Origin: a virus
Lineage: Duplodnaviria; Caudoviricetes
Virus record (IMG/VR): IMGVR_UViG_3300037295_000263
Coordinates: 152,705 to 216,704 of that record
Reading direction: 5' to 3' (one strand)
Length of the DNA: 64,000 bases
A model generated the notes under the pieces. That model was not told where the DNA came from. It made no database searches and saw only the letters and a program-made list of their open reading frames with translations. The translations under genes were made by a program, and so were the position numbers. The first letter of the stretch is position 1. The number at the start of each line of letters is the position of its first letter. This document shows, piece after piece, positions 43,853 to 53,227 of the stretch.

Positions 43853-44770
43853 TTACACTCCAAAATAATTCCGAATCCAAATTAATCGTTCTTGTTCAGT
43901 CATAGCAGTGTATAATTCAATGTTGGCACGAATGTGGTCAACAAGATTGTGGTACTCTTCGTCAATATTGTGCTTAATATCTCGCTTGACATCAACTAAC
44001 TTGTCGGTCTTAGGATTACGTGCTACCCACTTTGATGTCAAGTAGTAGGGACTTTTAATTTTAGCACTTACGTTATCTTCTGTATAAAATACGTATCCTT
44101 CATGACGGCATTCTTTAGCCATTTGTTTTAATTCACCAATAGTAGTAAAGTAGTACTTTGGTGAATAACAATTTAATTCAGCTACTGCAAAGTCGTGCCA
44201 CAATTGTGCAGTCAACGCACCGTATCCATACACAGTACCTTCCCACGTATTACTACGCCATCCTAAGAAATACATTCCTTCCTTTTCAGGAATAATGTGC
44301 GGATCGTTTTTATGTACACACTCAAACATAAAAGTCATGCCAGTATTGCTCTCGTTGCTCAATACCTGTAACCATTCGTCGAGCGGCATGTGTGTAGCCA
44401 TTGTTTCTTTTGCCATGGCAACATATTCACTGTCTGTGGTACCAGTAGTAGACACCAACAGCTCGCCGCGGTATACAGTGACCGCAACCATAAAGCCGTT
44501 TACTTTACGATAAGCAGTAACAGGCGTAGCATCGTCCAGTACAGGGGCTTCTGATTCAATTCCGAAATTATAGATTTTTGTAAACGGTCTCGACACTGGC
44601 TCGTAGTTGTCGTTAACTATTGTGCCTCGACATTCTGCTACATATTCATTCCATAAGTTATCATAAAATACTTTATTTTTGTATTTTAGAATGTATAGGC
44701 CTTCTCCAGCTGACTTCATTGTAACTAATCCGCTGGTGTTTACATACTCTCGTAATTTGTCTTTAAACAT
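43853..44770 (-). CDS. T4 Rnl1-like RNA ligase
   Basis: LKYKNKVF, ECRG, PFTKIYN, KVNGFM (motif I Lys), FEC, EGYV, KIKS..Y. Confidence 0.85.
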   Translation of the reverse strand: MFKDKLREYVNTSGLVTMKSAGEGLYILKYKNKVFYDNLWNEYVAECRGTIVNDNYEPVSRPFTKIYNFGIESEAPVLDDATPVTAYRKVNGFMVAVTVYRGELLVSTTGTTDSEYVAMAKETMATHMPLDEWLQVLSNESNTGMTFMFECVHKNDPHIIPEKEGMYFLGWRSNTWEGTVYGYGALTAQLWHDFAVAELNCYSPKYYFTTIGELKQMAKECRHEGYVFYTEDNVSAKIKSPYYLTSKWVARNPKTDKLVDVKRDIKHNIDEEYHNLVDHIRANIELYTAMTEQERLIWIRNYFGV

Positions 44771-44794
44771 AGTTGTTCCAAAATATGGGTTAAG

Positions 44795-45376
44795 CTATTG
44801 GAGTTTTAAACATGATTCATGCTTGCTAATCTTTTTATATTGCTTTTTAAGTTTCTTCCGATATTTTGGGTCGTCATCGCATTTGTCTAACACTACAGTT
44901 ATAGCATGTTCTATATATTGGTTAAATGTTATATCTGCTTTGTGTGCCAATTTCATTAATACAAACAGTTCGTCGTCTGATAGATCTAACGGAACCACTA
45001 TACTAGTATCGTACTCTTCGCCTGCCACAATAGCCAACGCCTTTTGAATAAAATCATCGTCAGTTTCTAAGTCAATGTAGTTGACATTATCCCATGCTTG
45101 GTTTGGATTGCAATCGCGTTTTTTAGCTTCTTTGCGATATTTCTTGACATAATCAGTATTAATTATACGATAAGCACGGTCATTTCTGTAGTCGCATATT
45201 GACACTTCGAACACAGTTTGATCCAGTTTGGAATAAACAATGCTCATTTCATAATTGTCCATGTCACGCCAGCTGCTCATGCTGATAACATCAGAACCGT
45301 AGCAGTGCCACAGGTAATCGCTGCTGTCAGTAATTCGGTGTCCTGCTAGTTCCAACCAATCTATTAGTGTAATCAT
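44795..45376 (-). CDS. Hypothetical protein
   Basis: 193-aa ORF; C-terminal AHKADITFNQYIE ribbon-helix-helix-like segment. Confidence 0.7.
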   Translation of the reverse strand: MITLIDWLELAGHRITDSSDYLWHCYGSDVISMSSWRDMDNYEMSIVYSKLDQTVFEVSICDYRNDRAYRIINTDYVKKYRKEAKKRDCNPNQAWDNVNYIDLETDDDFIQKALAIVAGEEYDTSIVVPLDLSDDELFVLMKLAHKADITFNQYIEHAITVVLDKCDDDPKYRKKLKKQYKKISKHESCLKLQ

Positions 45377-45416
45377 TTTATTTGCCTTGTGTGAGTTTAT
45401 TTTTTAGTTTCAAATT

Positions 45417-45821
45417 TCAAATTTCAAATTTTAATTGGTCTATATGATACTTACGATCTTTTTCAGCACCATCTGGTCTTACCCAACAATATTCTTGATC
45501 GGGCTGTATATACTCAATTACTCCATGTACATCTCGATAAAATCCTTCTGAATTTTTTTCTACTGAACGAATTCGAGATCCAACCTTTAACTTAGGAATG
45601 GGAATGCCGAAATGATTTTTAATAGCATCTGCTGCTCTGCAAGATTCTTTGTGATCTTCATCATACCCCTTGACAGAGTTAACCACATCAATACATTCAC
45701 CTATAATTATACTGGCAAATTGGTTATTGAATTCGGCATTTTCATACTTAAACTTGTAATTAGAAGGGTCTATGAATTCTCTAGCTGTCTGTGCTATTTT
45801 AGCAACTCGTTCTGAATTCAT
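45417..45821 (-). CDS. Hypothetical protein (MNxR...FA..I..EC..IKxHFG family) with SH3-like C-terminus
   Basis: Shares QFA..I..EC and IK.HFG with 46494-46748. Confidence 0.65.
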   Translation of the reverse strand: MNSERVAKIAQTAREFIDPSNYKFKYENAEFNNQFASIIIGECIDVVNSVKGYDEDHKESCRAADAIKNHFGIPIPKLKVGSRIRSVEKNSEGFYRDVHGVIEYIQPDQEYCWVRPDGAEKDRKYHIDQLKFEI

Positions 45822-46009
45822 TGTTTATATTCCCTTTTACAGTGTTCAACTGTTTTATTATACGACAATTCTTGATTCTTGTCAATACATTTTTTATAAA
45901 ATTCTTCTCTTGTATCTTTTTCGCCAGCATTGTACGAACCCATTGCTACTCCGAAAATAACAATAACAAATCCAAAAAACAAAGCAGCTATTCCTTTATT
46001 ATCATCCAT
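45818..46009 (-). CDS. Small membrane protein
   Basis: N-terminal TM helix. Confidence 0.6.
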   Translation of the reverse strand: MDDNKGIAALFFGFVIVIFGVAMGSYNAGEKDTREEFYKKCIDKNQELSYNKTVEHCKREYKQ

Positions 46010-46012
46010 TTA

Positions 46013-46243
46013 CTAGTTTTCCTTTCCACCAAACTGTAATAAAAACCAAGCTTGATATTTTTCTTCTGAAATTTCTAGATATCCTGATAATGCCCAAGGA
46101 CAATTGTCAATACTAGGAATAATTTTACAATGATATACCGATTCAAAAATATTTTCAAATTCTTTAGCACTAGTCGTATTATGAGTAGCTTTAACTTTTT
46201 TTATAGCTTGATCTACTCTCGGATCTGTTAGATCAATTATCAT
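46013..46243 (-). CDS. Small hypothetical protein
   Basis: Ends KYQAWFLLQFGG. Confidence 0.6.
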   Translation of the reverse strand: MIIDLTDPRVDQAIKKVKATHNTTSAKEFENIFESVYHCKIIPSIDNCPWALSGYLEISEEKYQAWFLLQFGGKEN

Positions 46244-46494
46244 TCTGTTTCTCCATTCGGTCCGGTTATATCATAACGTCCGCCACATTTTTGACAATAC
46301 ATCCAACTCCACCCAAATCCATTGTCATGGTATGCTCCGCCAAAGTGCCCTTCTTCTGAAGCTGCACATTCTTCTACTAGAGCATTTTTGGCAGGATAAT
46401 AAACCGTAGCATCATATTCTATCATGAGCTCTCGCATTTTTGTTGTGCGATCTCGATCAAGCTTCCATCGTTGTTCGATAATAGATGAGCTCAT
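46240..46494 (-). CDS. Small Zn-finger-like hypothetical protein
   Basis: C..S..GH...CQKCG. Confidence 0.6.
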   Translation of the reverse strand: MSSSIIEQRWKLDRDRTTKMRELMIEYDATVYYPAKNALVEECAASEEGHFGGAYHDNGFGWSWMYCQKCGGRYDITGPNGETE

Positions 46495-46748
46495 TATTCA
46501 ACTCCAAAGTGTTCTTTAATAATTTCACGTAAGTTTTCCATGACTAACGCAAATAGGTCTTCATTCATATCGTAGAACCGGTTCTCTTCATCCTTAGTCA
46601 ATTGCATACATTCTTGTACAATCGATTCAGCAAACTGTTCTAATTGTGCAGGAGTACCAGTAAATTGCCAATTATCGCCGTTACCGGTACTCAAGTTATG
46701 ATATTCCATGCCTGCCTGTTCGGCTAGTAATTTAATTCGGTTGTTCAT
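46494..46748 (-). CDS. Hypothetical protein (MNNRIKLLAEQAG family)
   Basis: LEQFAESIVQEC..IKEHFGVE. Confidence 0.65.
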   Translation of the reverse strand: MNNRIKLLAEQAGMEYHNLSTGNGDNWQFTGTPAQLEQFAESIVQECMQLTKDEENRFYDMNEDLFALVMENLREIIKEHFGVE

Positions 46749-46790
46749 TTTTATTCTACTCCAAAAATATTATTCCATCTAGTCCCAATA

Positions 46791-46991
46791 CTATGACCAC
46801 CTTAATAAAAATAACGTAGCATCTTTATTGTCAGCAAATCTGATGCCGGATCGGTCATTGTAACTATATCCTATAGTCCAGCGTTGTGGTTCCGACAAAG
46901 GAGGATTGGGCATTTTTACATCTAACCAAATACCTATATCATCGATGGCATCTCTGTGTCGTTTAAAAAATTCTATATCAATCATGCCCAC
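46791..46991 (-). CDS. Small hypothetical protein (FxL(K/R)W family)
   Basis: IRFADNKDATLFLLRWS. Confidence 0.65.
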   Translation of the reverse strand: MGMIDIEFFKRHRDAIDDIGIWLDVKMPNPPLSEPQRWTIGYSYNDRSGIRFADNKDATLFLLRWS

Positions 46992-47392
46992 CTCAATAAA
47001 AATAACAAATAATCACGCTGATCTTGAAATGCTATAAAAATTCTATTCTCACCAGTTATACTGTTTTGTTCATATTTGTTATTGTAACAGGTTACACTTA
47101 AAAAGTCAACTCGTCTTTTGTTCTGGCAATTTTCTGCAATCCATGTACGAATATTGTCAAGTCCATAGAAGCATCCACCTGGACTCCAGTCAAATGTTAT
47201 GCGATACGCATAGTGATCTGTATTGTTGAAACAATGAAAGTATGGATACCCATGATAGTAATCACGAATGGAGTATCCTTTGGGATTATATTCAGGGTCA
47301 TACTTATGGTCGTACTCCTCCCTGGTGTCACAACTGTGTTGCTTTAGGAATCTTCTTTCACGCCAGTCCTTCCATACTTGTATTACATCCAT
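46982..47392 (-). CDS. Hypothetical protein (FxL(K/R)W family)
   Basis: WIAENC..IAFQDQRDYLLFLLRWA. Confidence 0.7.
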   Translation of the reverse strand: MDVIQVWKDWRERRFLKQHSCDTREEYDHKYDPEYNPKGYSIRDYYHGYPYFHCFNNTDHYAYRITFDWSPGGCFYGLDNIRTWIAENCQNKRRVDFLSVTCYNNKYEQNSITGENRIFIAFQDQRDYLLFLLRWA

Positions 47393-47460
47393 TATTCACC
47401 TATTTGTGCTCTACACTAACAGTCATGTACTACTAATTGCCCAATGCGTTTGTTCATGCA

Positions 47461-47712
47461 TCAACTCCATTTTAATGCATAAAACATTACATAATGTTCT
47501 TTAAAAAAAATAAAATTTGCATGGTCATTAATATGCGGCGTTGTGGAATCATGTGTATAAATCTTGTGATGAATTTCAAATTTAAAATCTTTGTGAATCT
47601 CGAGACCGTCTACTATTAACTGACGTACCATTTTCATTATCGAGTTGATATCTCCGTCAACGCGAATTTTAAAAATGTCACTCTCCGGTTTGATGATGAG
47701 ATTTAATTTCAT
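47461..47712 (-). CDS. Small hypothetical protein (FxL(K/R)W family)
   Basis: FIFFKEHYVMFYALKWS. Confidence 0.6.
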   Translation of the reverse strand: MKLNLIIKPESDIFKIRVDGDINSIMKMVRQLIVDGLEIHKDFKFEIHHKIYTHDSTTPHINDHANFIFFKEHYVMFYALKWS

Positions 47713-48235
47713 TATCGATAACCGACGAGATAGCTTCTTCTATTGTAAGAGCAATAACTTTTATAGCATCTATACCCATATCGCGGCAACGATATTTTTC
47801 TTGTCCAGTAGTACCGCCATGCAAGTGCCCGTGAAAGTGTAATGAACCGCGATGCATTTGATCCCACTCTAAAAAAGGATAGTGACACATAACAATTTTA
47901 CTACCTGCATAGTTAATATTTAATAACTGGTGGATCTCTTTAAAACATCTACGGTATGCTGGGTCTTTTAACGCTTTGCGATCGTGATTGCCTTCAATTA
48001 ATATCTTTTCACCATTTAATCGTTTCATAATTTCAATAGCTTTAAGAGTAGGCAAAAACGCAACATCGCCTAGGATGTAAACTAGATCCTTAGTATCGAT
48101 TAAATCATTCCATTCTTCAATCATTTGTTCGTTCATAACGTTGACATCATCCGAAAATCTTGCGCGTGATTCGGAGCAAAACTTTTTAATGTTTGCGTGC
48201 CCAAAATGAAGATCTGATGTAATATATGTTTTCAT
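47678..48235 (-). CDS. Calcineurin-like metallophosphoesterase (paralogue of 22388-22999)
   Basis: TSDLHFGH, ILGDV, EGNHD, HGHLH. Confidence 0.9.
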   Translation of the reverse strand: MKTYITSDLHFGHANIKKFCSESRARFSDDVNVMNEQMIEEWNDLIDTKDLVYILGDVAFLPTLKAIEIMKRLNGEKILIEGNHDRKALKDPAYRRCFKEIHQLLNINYAGSKIVMCHYPFLEWDQMHRGSLHFHGHLHGGTTGQEKYRCRDMGIDAIKVIALTIEEAISSVIDNEIKSHHQTGE

Positions 48236-48265
48236 AATAATATTATATAGTAAAAATGTTAAATG

Positions 48266-48730
48266 TCAACTTGCCTTCCAGATTGCAGTAAACCCTTCTT
48301 CTTTCGTGGGCATAGCAAATCCTGTGATCATACTGTCTACTACTTCCCATGGTATTGACTTACCGGGACGACTAGCCAGTCTGCGTTCTAGTTCAATAGG
48401 TTCTGGAATATCAAATACCACAGCGATATGTTCATAGTCGGGCAACATATTAAATTTACGCTTACGACTTTTTACTGTAGTACTAGTTTGATCCCATATG
48501 ATGTCATTACCGTCTTCGCGGGCCTGCCTAACATCTGTACACATTCTAGAAACTGCTTCAGTCATTACATCGGAAAAAACATCGTTGTAAGTTTTACCGG
48601 AACGTGCTGCAATCATTTCTACATAAGAATCTGTGCTGACTAAAACGCATTTGTTTGCCCATCCTTGGGAATTGGCCCAAGTGCTTTTACCCGAACCAGG
48701 AATCCCAATTAATTGATAACATCGTGGCAT
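48266..48730 (-). CDS. Polynucleotide-kinase-like P-loop kinase (AAA_33)
   Basis: IGIPGSGKSTW, STD, IIWDQT..T...R, R...R. Confidence 0.85.
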   Translation of the reverse strand: MPRCYQLIGIPGSGKSTWANSQGWANKCVLVSTDSYVEMIAARSGKTYNDVFSDVMTEAVSRMCTDVRQAREDGNDIIWDQTSTTVKSRKRKFNMLPDYEHIAVVFDIPEPIELERRLASRPGKSIPWEVVDSMITGFAMPTKEEGFTAIWKAS

Positions 48731-48744
48731 AATATATCGTTCCT

Positions 48745-48987
48745 TTATAGTTTTAATAAAACATATACAGCAGTCTTTTCATTTTTGAATCCAACAAAGT
48801 ATGGACGCTTACTCCACTTGTCTCGAGCACTCGTATGAGTGTGATTCCATAGAAAGTAGGGTTCTGCTTCTCTAACCATTATAGCAACCTTGGTTGTATT
48901 AGCATTATATACGCTAGGAAATCTAAAAGCCCACTGATAACCTTTTTTGTACAGGCAATGTCTACCATCTAACTTAATAAATTTCAT
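48745..48987 (-). CDS. Small hypothetical protein
   Basis: YFVGFKNEKTAVYVLLKL. Confidence 0.6.
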   Translation of the reverse strand: MKFIKLDGRHCLYKKGYQWAFRFPSVYNANTTKVAIMVREAEPYFLWNHTHTSARDKWSKRPYFVGFKNEKTAVYVLLKL

Positions 48988-49029
48988 TTTTATACCTGTA
49001 TAAGATAAGTTATCAGTGAACTTTAAGTT

Positions 49030-49227
49030 TTACTTGCTAACTGTTGTTTTAAACAAAAATGCTGCTAAAACATTAATACCCCACGCCTGTAACCAAGTTA
49101 CTGGTTGTACACTAGTAACAGCATCAACTAAACATCCATTCCATAACCAATATACAGGCAGACTTAATACCAAACTAGTTAATAACAGGATTCCAATCAA
49201 TACTAAAATTTCAATTACTTTTTCCAC
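49030..49227 (-). CDS. Small two-TM membrane protein
   Basis: Hydrophobic; WLWN..V..WLQAWGI..L. Confidence 0.65.
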   Translation of the reverse strand: MEKVIEILVLIGILLLTSLVLSLPVYWLWNGCLVDAVTSVQPVTWLQAWGINVLAAFLFKTTVSK

Positions 49228-49257
49228 GATACATCCTTTGTAAGTTAATGAGGTTAT

Positions 49258-49286
49258 ATTATATACTAGTTCTTTAAAGTTGTCAA
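49258..49286 (-). promoter_or_regulatory. sigma70-type promoter
   Basis: TTGACA-17-TATAAT. Confidence 0.8.
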
Positions 49287-49294
49287 TCTGTATC

Positions 49295-49519
49295 TCATAG
49301 CCACTTCAAAATAAACAAAGTTGCATCTCTATCATCACTAAATTCCCAAGATTTGGGATTATAACTATAATTTTTATACAAGTAAATACAGTTGAGCATA
49401 CACCAATCGTTAATTTCTTTACGATCAATTTCTAGATTCGTTAATTTTACTTTGTGTGGAAATTCTCTCGATCGTGTACTGAGTATTTCTCGGAGTGAAG
49501 GTATTTCTTTTATAGTCAT
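49295..49519 (-). CDS. Small hypothetical protein (FxL(K/R)W family)
   Basis: WCMLNC..WEFSDDRDATLFILKWL. Confidence 0.65.
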   Translation of the reverse strand: MTIKEIPSLREILSTRSREFPHKVKLTNLEIDRKEINDWCMLNCIYLYKNYSYNPKSWEFSDDRDATLFILKWL

Positions 49520-49525
49520 ATGCAG

Positions 49526-50332
49526 TTAATTTATTTCAATTATCTTGTCAGGATCCCATCCTGTTTCTTCACCCCACCCTCGGTCGCTATGATAGCCACG
49601 CGGGTTACATACAATTCTAGTGTCACTGATCGTGTAATCAAACGCAGTATGTGAATGACCGTGTGTCCACAATTTAATTTGGGGATTGTCTAACATGATG
49701 TCTGTAAGATCGCTGTGATAAGCACCGTTCATTAAAAAATCACGTAAAAACTCTTCCGGGCAACTTTTATAGCTAGGTGAGTGATGACCTACTACTACAC
49801 ATGTTTGTTCTTTATGTTCAGACAACACTAGTTTAATGTATTCCACAGTTCTGTTGTGTCGTTGTACAGTGTCGTGAGGCTTGATAGGAATATAGTTGTT
49901 CTGATCATTCCTTATGGCACGATAATCGTTCATCATGTCTCTGACAGCATGCATGGTTATAGGATCGTTTTTGTTCATGTTGGTCCACAATGTTCCGCCC
50001 ACAAACACTATGTCATTTATTATTTTAGTATTTTGTTCTAACAAATACAAATTGGTGTACTGGTCGCAATGCTCACGCAGTTGATCTACACCTTTGAAAA
50101 AACTTCCGCTATCATAAAATTCATGATTACCCATGACATAAATTACATGAGGGAATTCATCGCTGACTCTTTTTAAAAAGTCACGATATCTAATACCGTA
50201 TTCGCTGTTTGGTTTGATTAATTTTGAAACAATTAATATATCGCCGCCCAAAATTAATACGTCAGCACCATTATTTTTAATGGTGATGTCGCTAAATTCT
50301 AAATGCAGGTCGCTTACCAGTTGTATTTTCAT
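49526..50332 (-). CDS. Metallophosphoesterase
   Basis: SDLHLEF, LGGD, GNHEFY, GHHSP, HGHSH, CNPRGY. Confidence 0.9.
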   Translation of the reverse strand: MKIQLVSDLHLEFSDITIKNNGADVLILGGDILIVSKLIKPNSEYGIRYRDFLKRVSDEFPHVIYVMGNHEFYDSGSFFKGVDQLREHCDQYTNLYLLEQNTKIINDIVFVGGTLWTNMNKNDPITMHAVRDMMNDYRAIRNDQNNYIPIKPHDTVQRHNRTVEYIKLVLSEHKEQTCVVVGHHSPSYKSCPEEFLRDFLMNGAYHSDLTDIMLDNPQIKLWTHGHSHTAFDYTISDTRIVCNPRGYHSDRGWGEETGWDPDKIIEIN

Positions 50333-50391
50333 GATGAATTTTCTATTAAAATTAATTGTACCACATAATACTCAGTACGTCAACTGTAGAT

Positions 50392-51078
50392 TTATTTAAT
50401 TTCAGGAAATAAACATTCTTGTATAAATTGTTGTACATCCGATTCGTTTAACCCTAAGCTAGTCATTACTTTTGGAGTATGCGGATTTTGTTTTTGATTT
50501 TGTGCATAATAATTTTGCCGCTCACTAGTGTTATATACGGTGTTGTTAGTTCTGCTAATAGTATCTACGTAATGACTTACTAATGTACATGCTAGAGATG
50601 AGATTTGAGATAGTTCTGTCTCGTCACTGACGTTACCTGCTGCTACCATGTTTTCGCTAAAAATACGCTGCGCCCATTCTGGCAACGCTCTTGGTTTATT
50701 CCATTCGTAACGAGAAACTTCCTCAGCAAAATAGTTACTCATTGCATGAGGTCGATTGTCGGTCGGACTATAATCTATAAAACATCCTGTTATTTTATTC
50801 TTTCCAGCAACAACATCAAATCCGAAAATAGGAGCAGGATTATGAGTATGCGGGAATACGCAGCAATGCATCATCCAAAGTCCTTTGGTATTCCTAGCAT
50901 CGACTACATCGATATGCGCTCTTCGATAAGAATTTGAGGCCCATACTTTATTAATCCAGCCTGGCTGATTGAATTTTTCCATACCCGGTTCGTTAACTAA
51001 CGTTCCTGTTTGATCAAATTTCTTTTCAAAAAATTGCTGTATGTTAATTAGTATAGGCCAAATTTTACTCTCCGTCAT
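50392..51078 (-). CDS. pcyX: Ferredoxin-dependent bilin reductase (PcyX/PcyA family)
   Basis: YRRAHIDVVD..LWMMHCC.FP....PIFGFDVVAG..KITGCFIDYSP; RALPEWAQRIFS; QKQNPHT. Confidence 0.8.
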   Translation of the reverse strand: MTESKIWPILINIQQFFEKKFDQTGTLVNEPGMEKFNQPGWINKVWASNSYRRAHIDVVDARNTKGLWMMHCCVFPHTHNPAPIFGFDVVAGKNKITGCFIDYSPTDNRPHAMSNYFAEEVSRYEWNKPRALPEWAQRIFSENMVAAGNVSDETELSQISSLACTLVSHYVDTISRTNNTVYNTSERQNYYAQNQKQNPHTPKVMTSLGLNESDVQQFIQECLFPEIK

Positions 51079-51610
51079 GTAATTCCTTCATTATTTTGAT
51101 TGCATATTCAAATGCTACTCTGGCTTCTGATCCTAAACTATCATCTAACTCTTCTCTGATTTTACTTTTAAGTATTTCGGAATTTTCAAAATTATAAAAA
51201 TTATGACTAGTAAACGGTACTTGTTTTTTAATAACTTGCCCGCCAAATAAATCTCCCATGTGTCTTACATACATATGAGCTTTTATTAATCTACTACGCT
51301 TCTTATCATTGCCTAAATTTAACAAGTAGATATGATATTCTAACGTGGAGGGTAAAAGAACGTAATGATATTCCGGATCTTCAATTTCAAGAAAATCTTT
51401 GTAAATTTCTTTATTTCTAGCTAACCCTGGCAATCTATTAAAAATGCCTTGCCTTGTGCAGAAAAATTCTAAAGGATCGTAAATAGCTAACATTTGATAA
51501 AGGTAGTTAGCATATTGTTCTTTAGTAATGTTTCCACTGAGAAGTGTCTTAGCAAACTTAGTAGTTTCTGCTTCGTGGTGCAGGTCTTTTGTTATATCTT
51601 TTAGACTCAT
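51065..51610 (-). CDS. hemO: Heme oxygenase
   Basis: TKDLHHEAE (proximal His), AHMYVRHMGDLFGGQ. Confidence 0.9.
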   Translation of the reverse strand: MSLKDITKDLHHEAETTKFAKTLLSGNITKEQYANYLYQMLAIYDPLEFFCTRQGIFNRLPGLARNKEIYKDFLEIEDPEYHYVLLPSTLEYHIYLLNLGNDKKRSRLIKAHMYVRHMGDLFGGQVIKKQVPFTSHNFYNFENSEILKSKIREELDDSLGSEARVAFEYAIKIMKELHDGE

Positions 51611-51912
51611 ATTGTCTCTTGTTCGATTGTAATTTTTAAAGGAAAACCATTAGCCCTTGCAGTCTTTGTTGCTTCAAGACCTTTCTGCTCTGCAATTTCA
51701 TGTATGTAGGTTCCAGCAACTGCTGCACCTTCATTGTGAATTTCCAATGTTATGTTGTTAGCAGCATCTTCCGAATGCTTAAAAATTTTAGTTAACAATT
51801 CAATTACAAAATCCATAGGGGTAAAGTCATCGTTGAGAAAGACAACTTTCCATAGTGTTGGAGGGCTTAATTTTACTATAGTTTTATCGTCAATTTTAGT
51901 TTCTACTGACAT
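51607..51912 (-). CDS. clpS: ATP-dependent Clp protease adaptor
   Basis: KVVFLNDDFTPMDFVIELL..LEIHNEG..Y..EIAEQK..GFPL. Confidence 0.93.
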   Translation of the reverse strand: MSVETKIDDKTIVKLSPPTLWKVVFLNDDFTPMDFVIELLTKIFKHSEDAANNITLEIHNEGAAVAGTYIHEIAEQKGLEATKTARANGFPLKITIEQETI

Positions 51913-51942
51913 GTTATCTCCAATGTGTTATATAACTAGTTT

Positions 51943-52509
51943 TTATTTATCTGTGCGTATAAAAGGGGTGATATTGCGTGTGCGTAATTCACGGCACACG
52001 TTTTGTACACCTACTGCTTGATTCCAAGCATCTTCTAATGCATGATGTTTTGTAACAGGCGGTCTATTAGGATTAATTCCTAAGTCAAATATTGTTCTCG
52101 AATCTCTAGCTTGCCAAAATTTCCACGGAACTGCACGTCCTACTTTAGCAAATACATTTTCTAATATGACAATATCAAATCCTGATCCATGACTCCAAAT
52201 ATGAGTTGCGCCCCAGCAAAATTTATAAAAATTTTGCATAGCATCTTCTATTGAAACGCGATCTGTTTCATCAAATGCTGCAGCCTGTGCTTCGACACTT
52301 TGCTGACTCCACCACAGGATGGTACTATCATCTACAGTAAGATTATATTTGTCACAACTATCTAAATCAATTTTAGTATAAAACGAATCCATTTCAGGCC
52401 TAACTAGCTCTTCACCTAAAGGATCGAATTTAACAGCACCAATGGTTAAAATTGAAGCAGTAGGTTTAACATCGAGTGTTTCAAGATCTATCATAATATG
52501 TGTTTTCAT
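51943..52509 (-). CDS. DEDDh 3'-5' exo(ribo)nuclease
   Basis: MIDLETL, WSHGSGFD, RDSRT, HHALEDA. Confidence 0.85.
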   Translation of the reverse strand: MKTHIMIDLETLDVKPTASILTIGAVKFDPLGEELVRPEMDSFYTKIDLDSCDKYNLTVDDSTILWWSQQSVEAQAAAFDETDRVSIEDAMQNFYKFCWGATHIWSHGSGFDIVILENVFAKVGRAVPWKFWQARDSRTIFDLGINPNRPPVTKHHALEDAWNQAVGVQNVCRELRTRNITPFIRTDK

Positions 52510-52515
52510 AACACT

Positions 52516-52544
52516 ATTATAAACAATCTAATTTAAAAAGTCAA
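52516..52544 (-). promoter_or_regulatory. sigma70-type promoter
   Basis: TTGACT-17-TATAAT. Confidence 0.75.
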
Positions 52545-52784
52545 TTAATATAATTTAACAGGCAATTGTTCACTTTTTATTTTTTTCTTCCAGCGCGACT
52601 TAGCTGCTGCTTTGGCTTTCTTTCTAACAGTTGTTGGTTTAACGTAGCAATCACGTTCTTTAACTTCTTCTAAAACATTACTTTCTTCAACCTTACGCTT
52701 AAATCTTCGCAATGCTTGATTGATATTTTCATACTCTTTAAGTGTAACTGCTCTGCCTTTTACTGTATTTTTAAAATGTGTCAT
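52545..52784 (-). CDS. rpsU: Ribosomal protein bS21 homologue
   Basis: ENINQALRRFKRKVEES..L.E.KER..YVKPT..RKKAKAAA..R. Confidence 0.9.
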   Translation of the reverse strand: MTHFKNTVKGRAVTLKEYENINQALRRFKRKVEESNVLEEVKERDCYVKPTTVRKKAKAAAKSRWKKKIKSEQLPVKLY

Positions 52785-53160
52785 GTTTAATTATTATATT
52801 TTCCAAAAGTTTTTCACAATCTTCTTGTGCGTATAGTTGCAAATTATTAACGCCCGTTAATAACTTTAATTTTCCAAAATAGTAACTTAATTTTTGTGCT
52901 GCCAAGTACCCTACTAATAAATCATTGTTGCTATCGGAATTAAAAATGATCAAGTTGCATTTAGATTTTTTATCTATTAGCCAATCGATACCGTTATTAG
53001 AACTCCAACTATAAAGTATAATCCTAGAGGGTAAAGATAGATTCAACAAGCTAGCAGATACAATTGTATTTTGTGCATCTGTAAGGTCTACTAATAGGAT
53101 TCTGCACCCGTCTAATAGAGTATCATCTGGCTCAGTAGCTATAATAACTTGATTATTCAT
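52771..53160 (-). CDS. Hypothetical protein
   Basis: 129-aa ORF in co-oriented run. Confidence 0.65.
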   Translation of the reverse strand: MNNQVIIATEPDDTLLDGCRILLVDLTDAQNTIVSASLLNLSLPSRIILYSWSSNNGIDWLIDKKSKCNLIIFNSDSNNDLLVGYLAAQKLSYYFGKLKLLTGVNNLQLYAQEDCEKLLENIIIKHDTF

Positions 53161-53227
53161 ATGTTCTAACTTTTAAGTTTTTTCCAAATAGTATTGATAC
53201 TTTGCTGTTCAGCATTTTGTATATACG

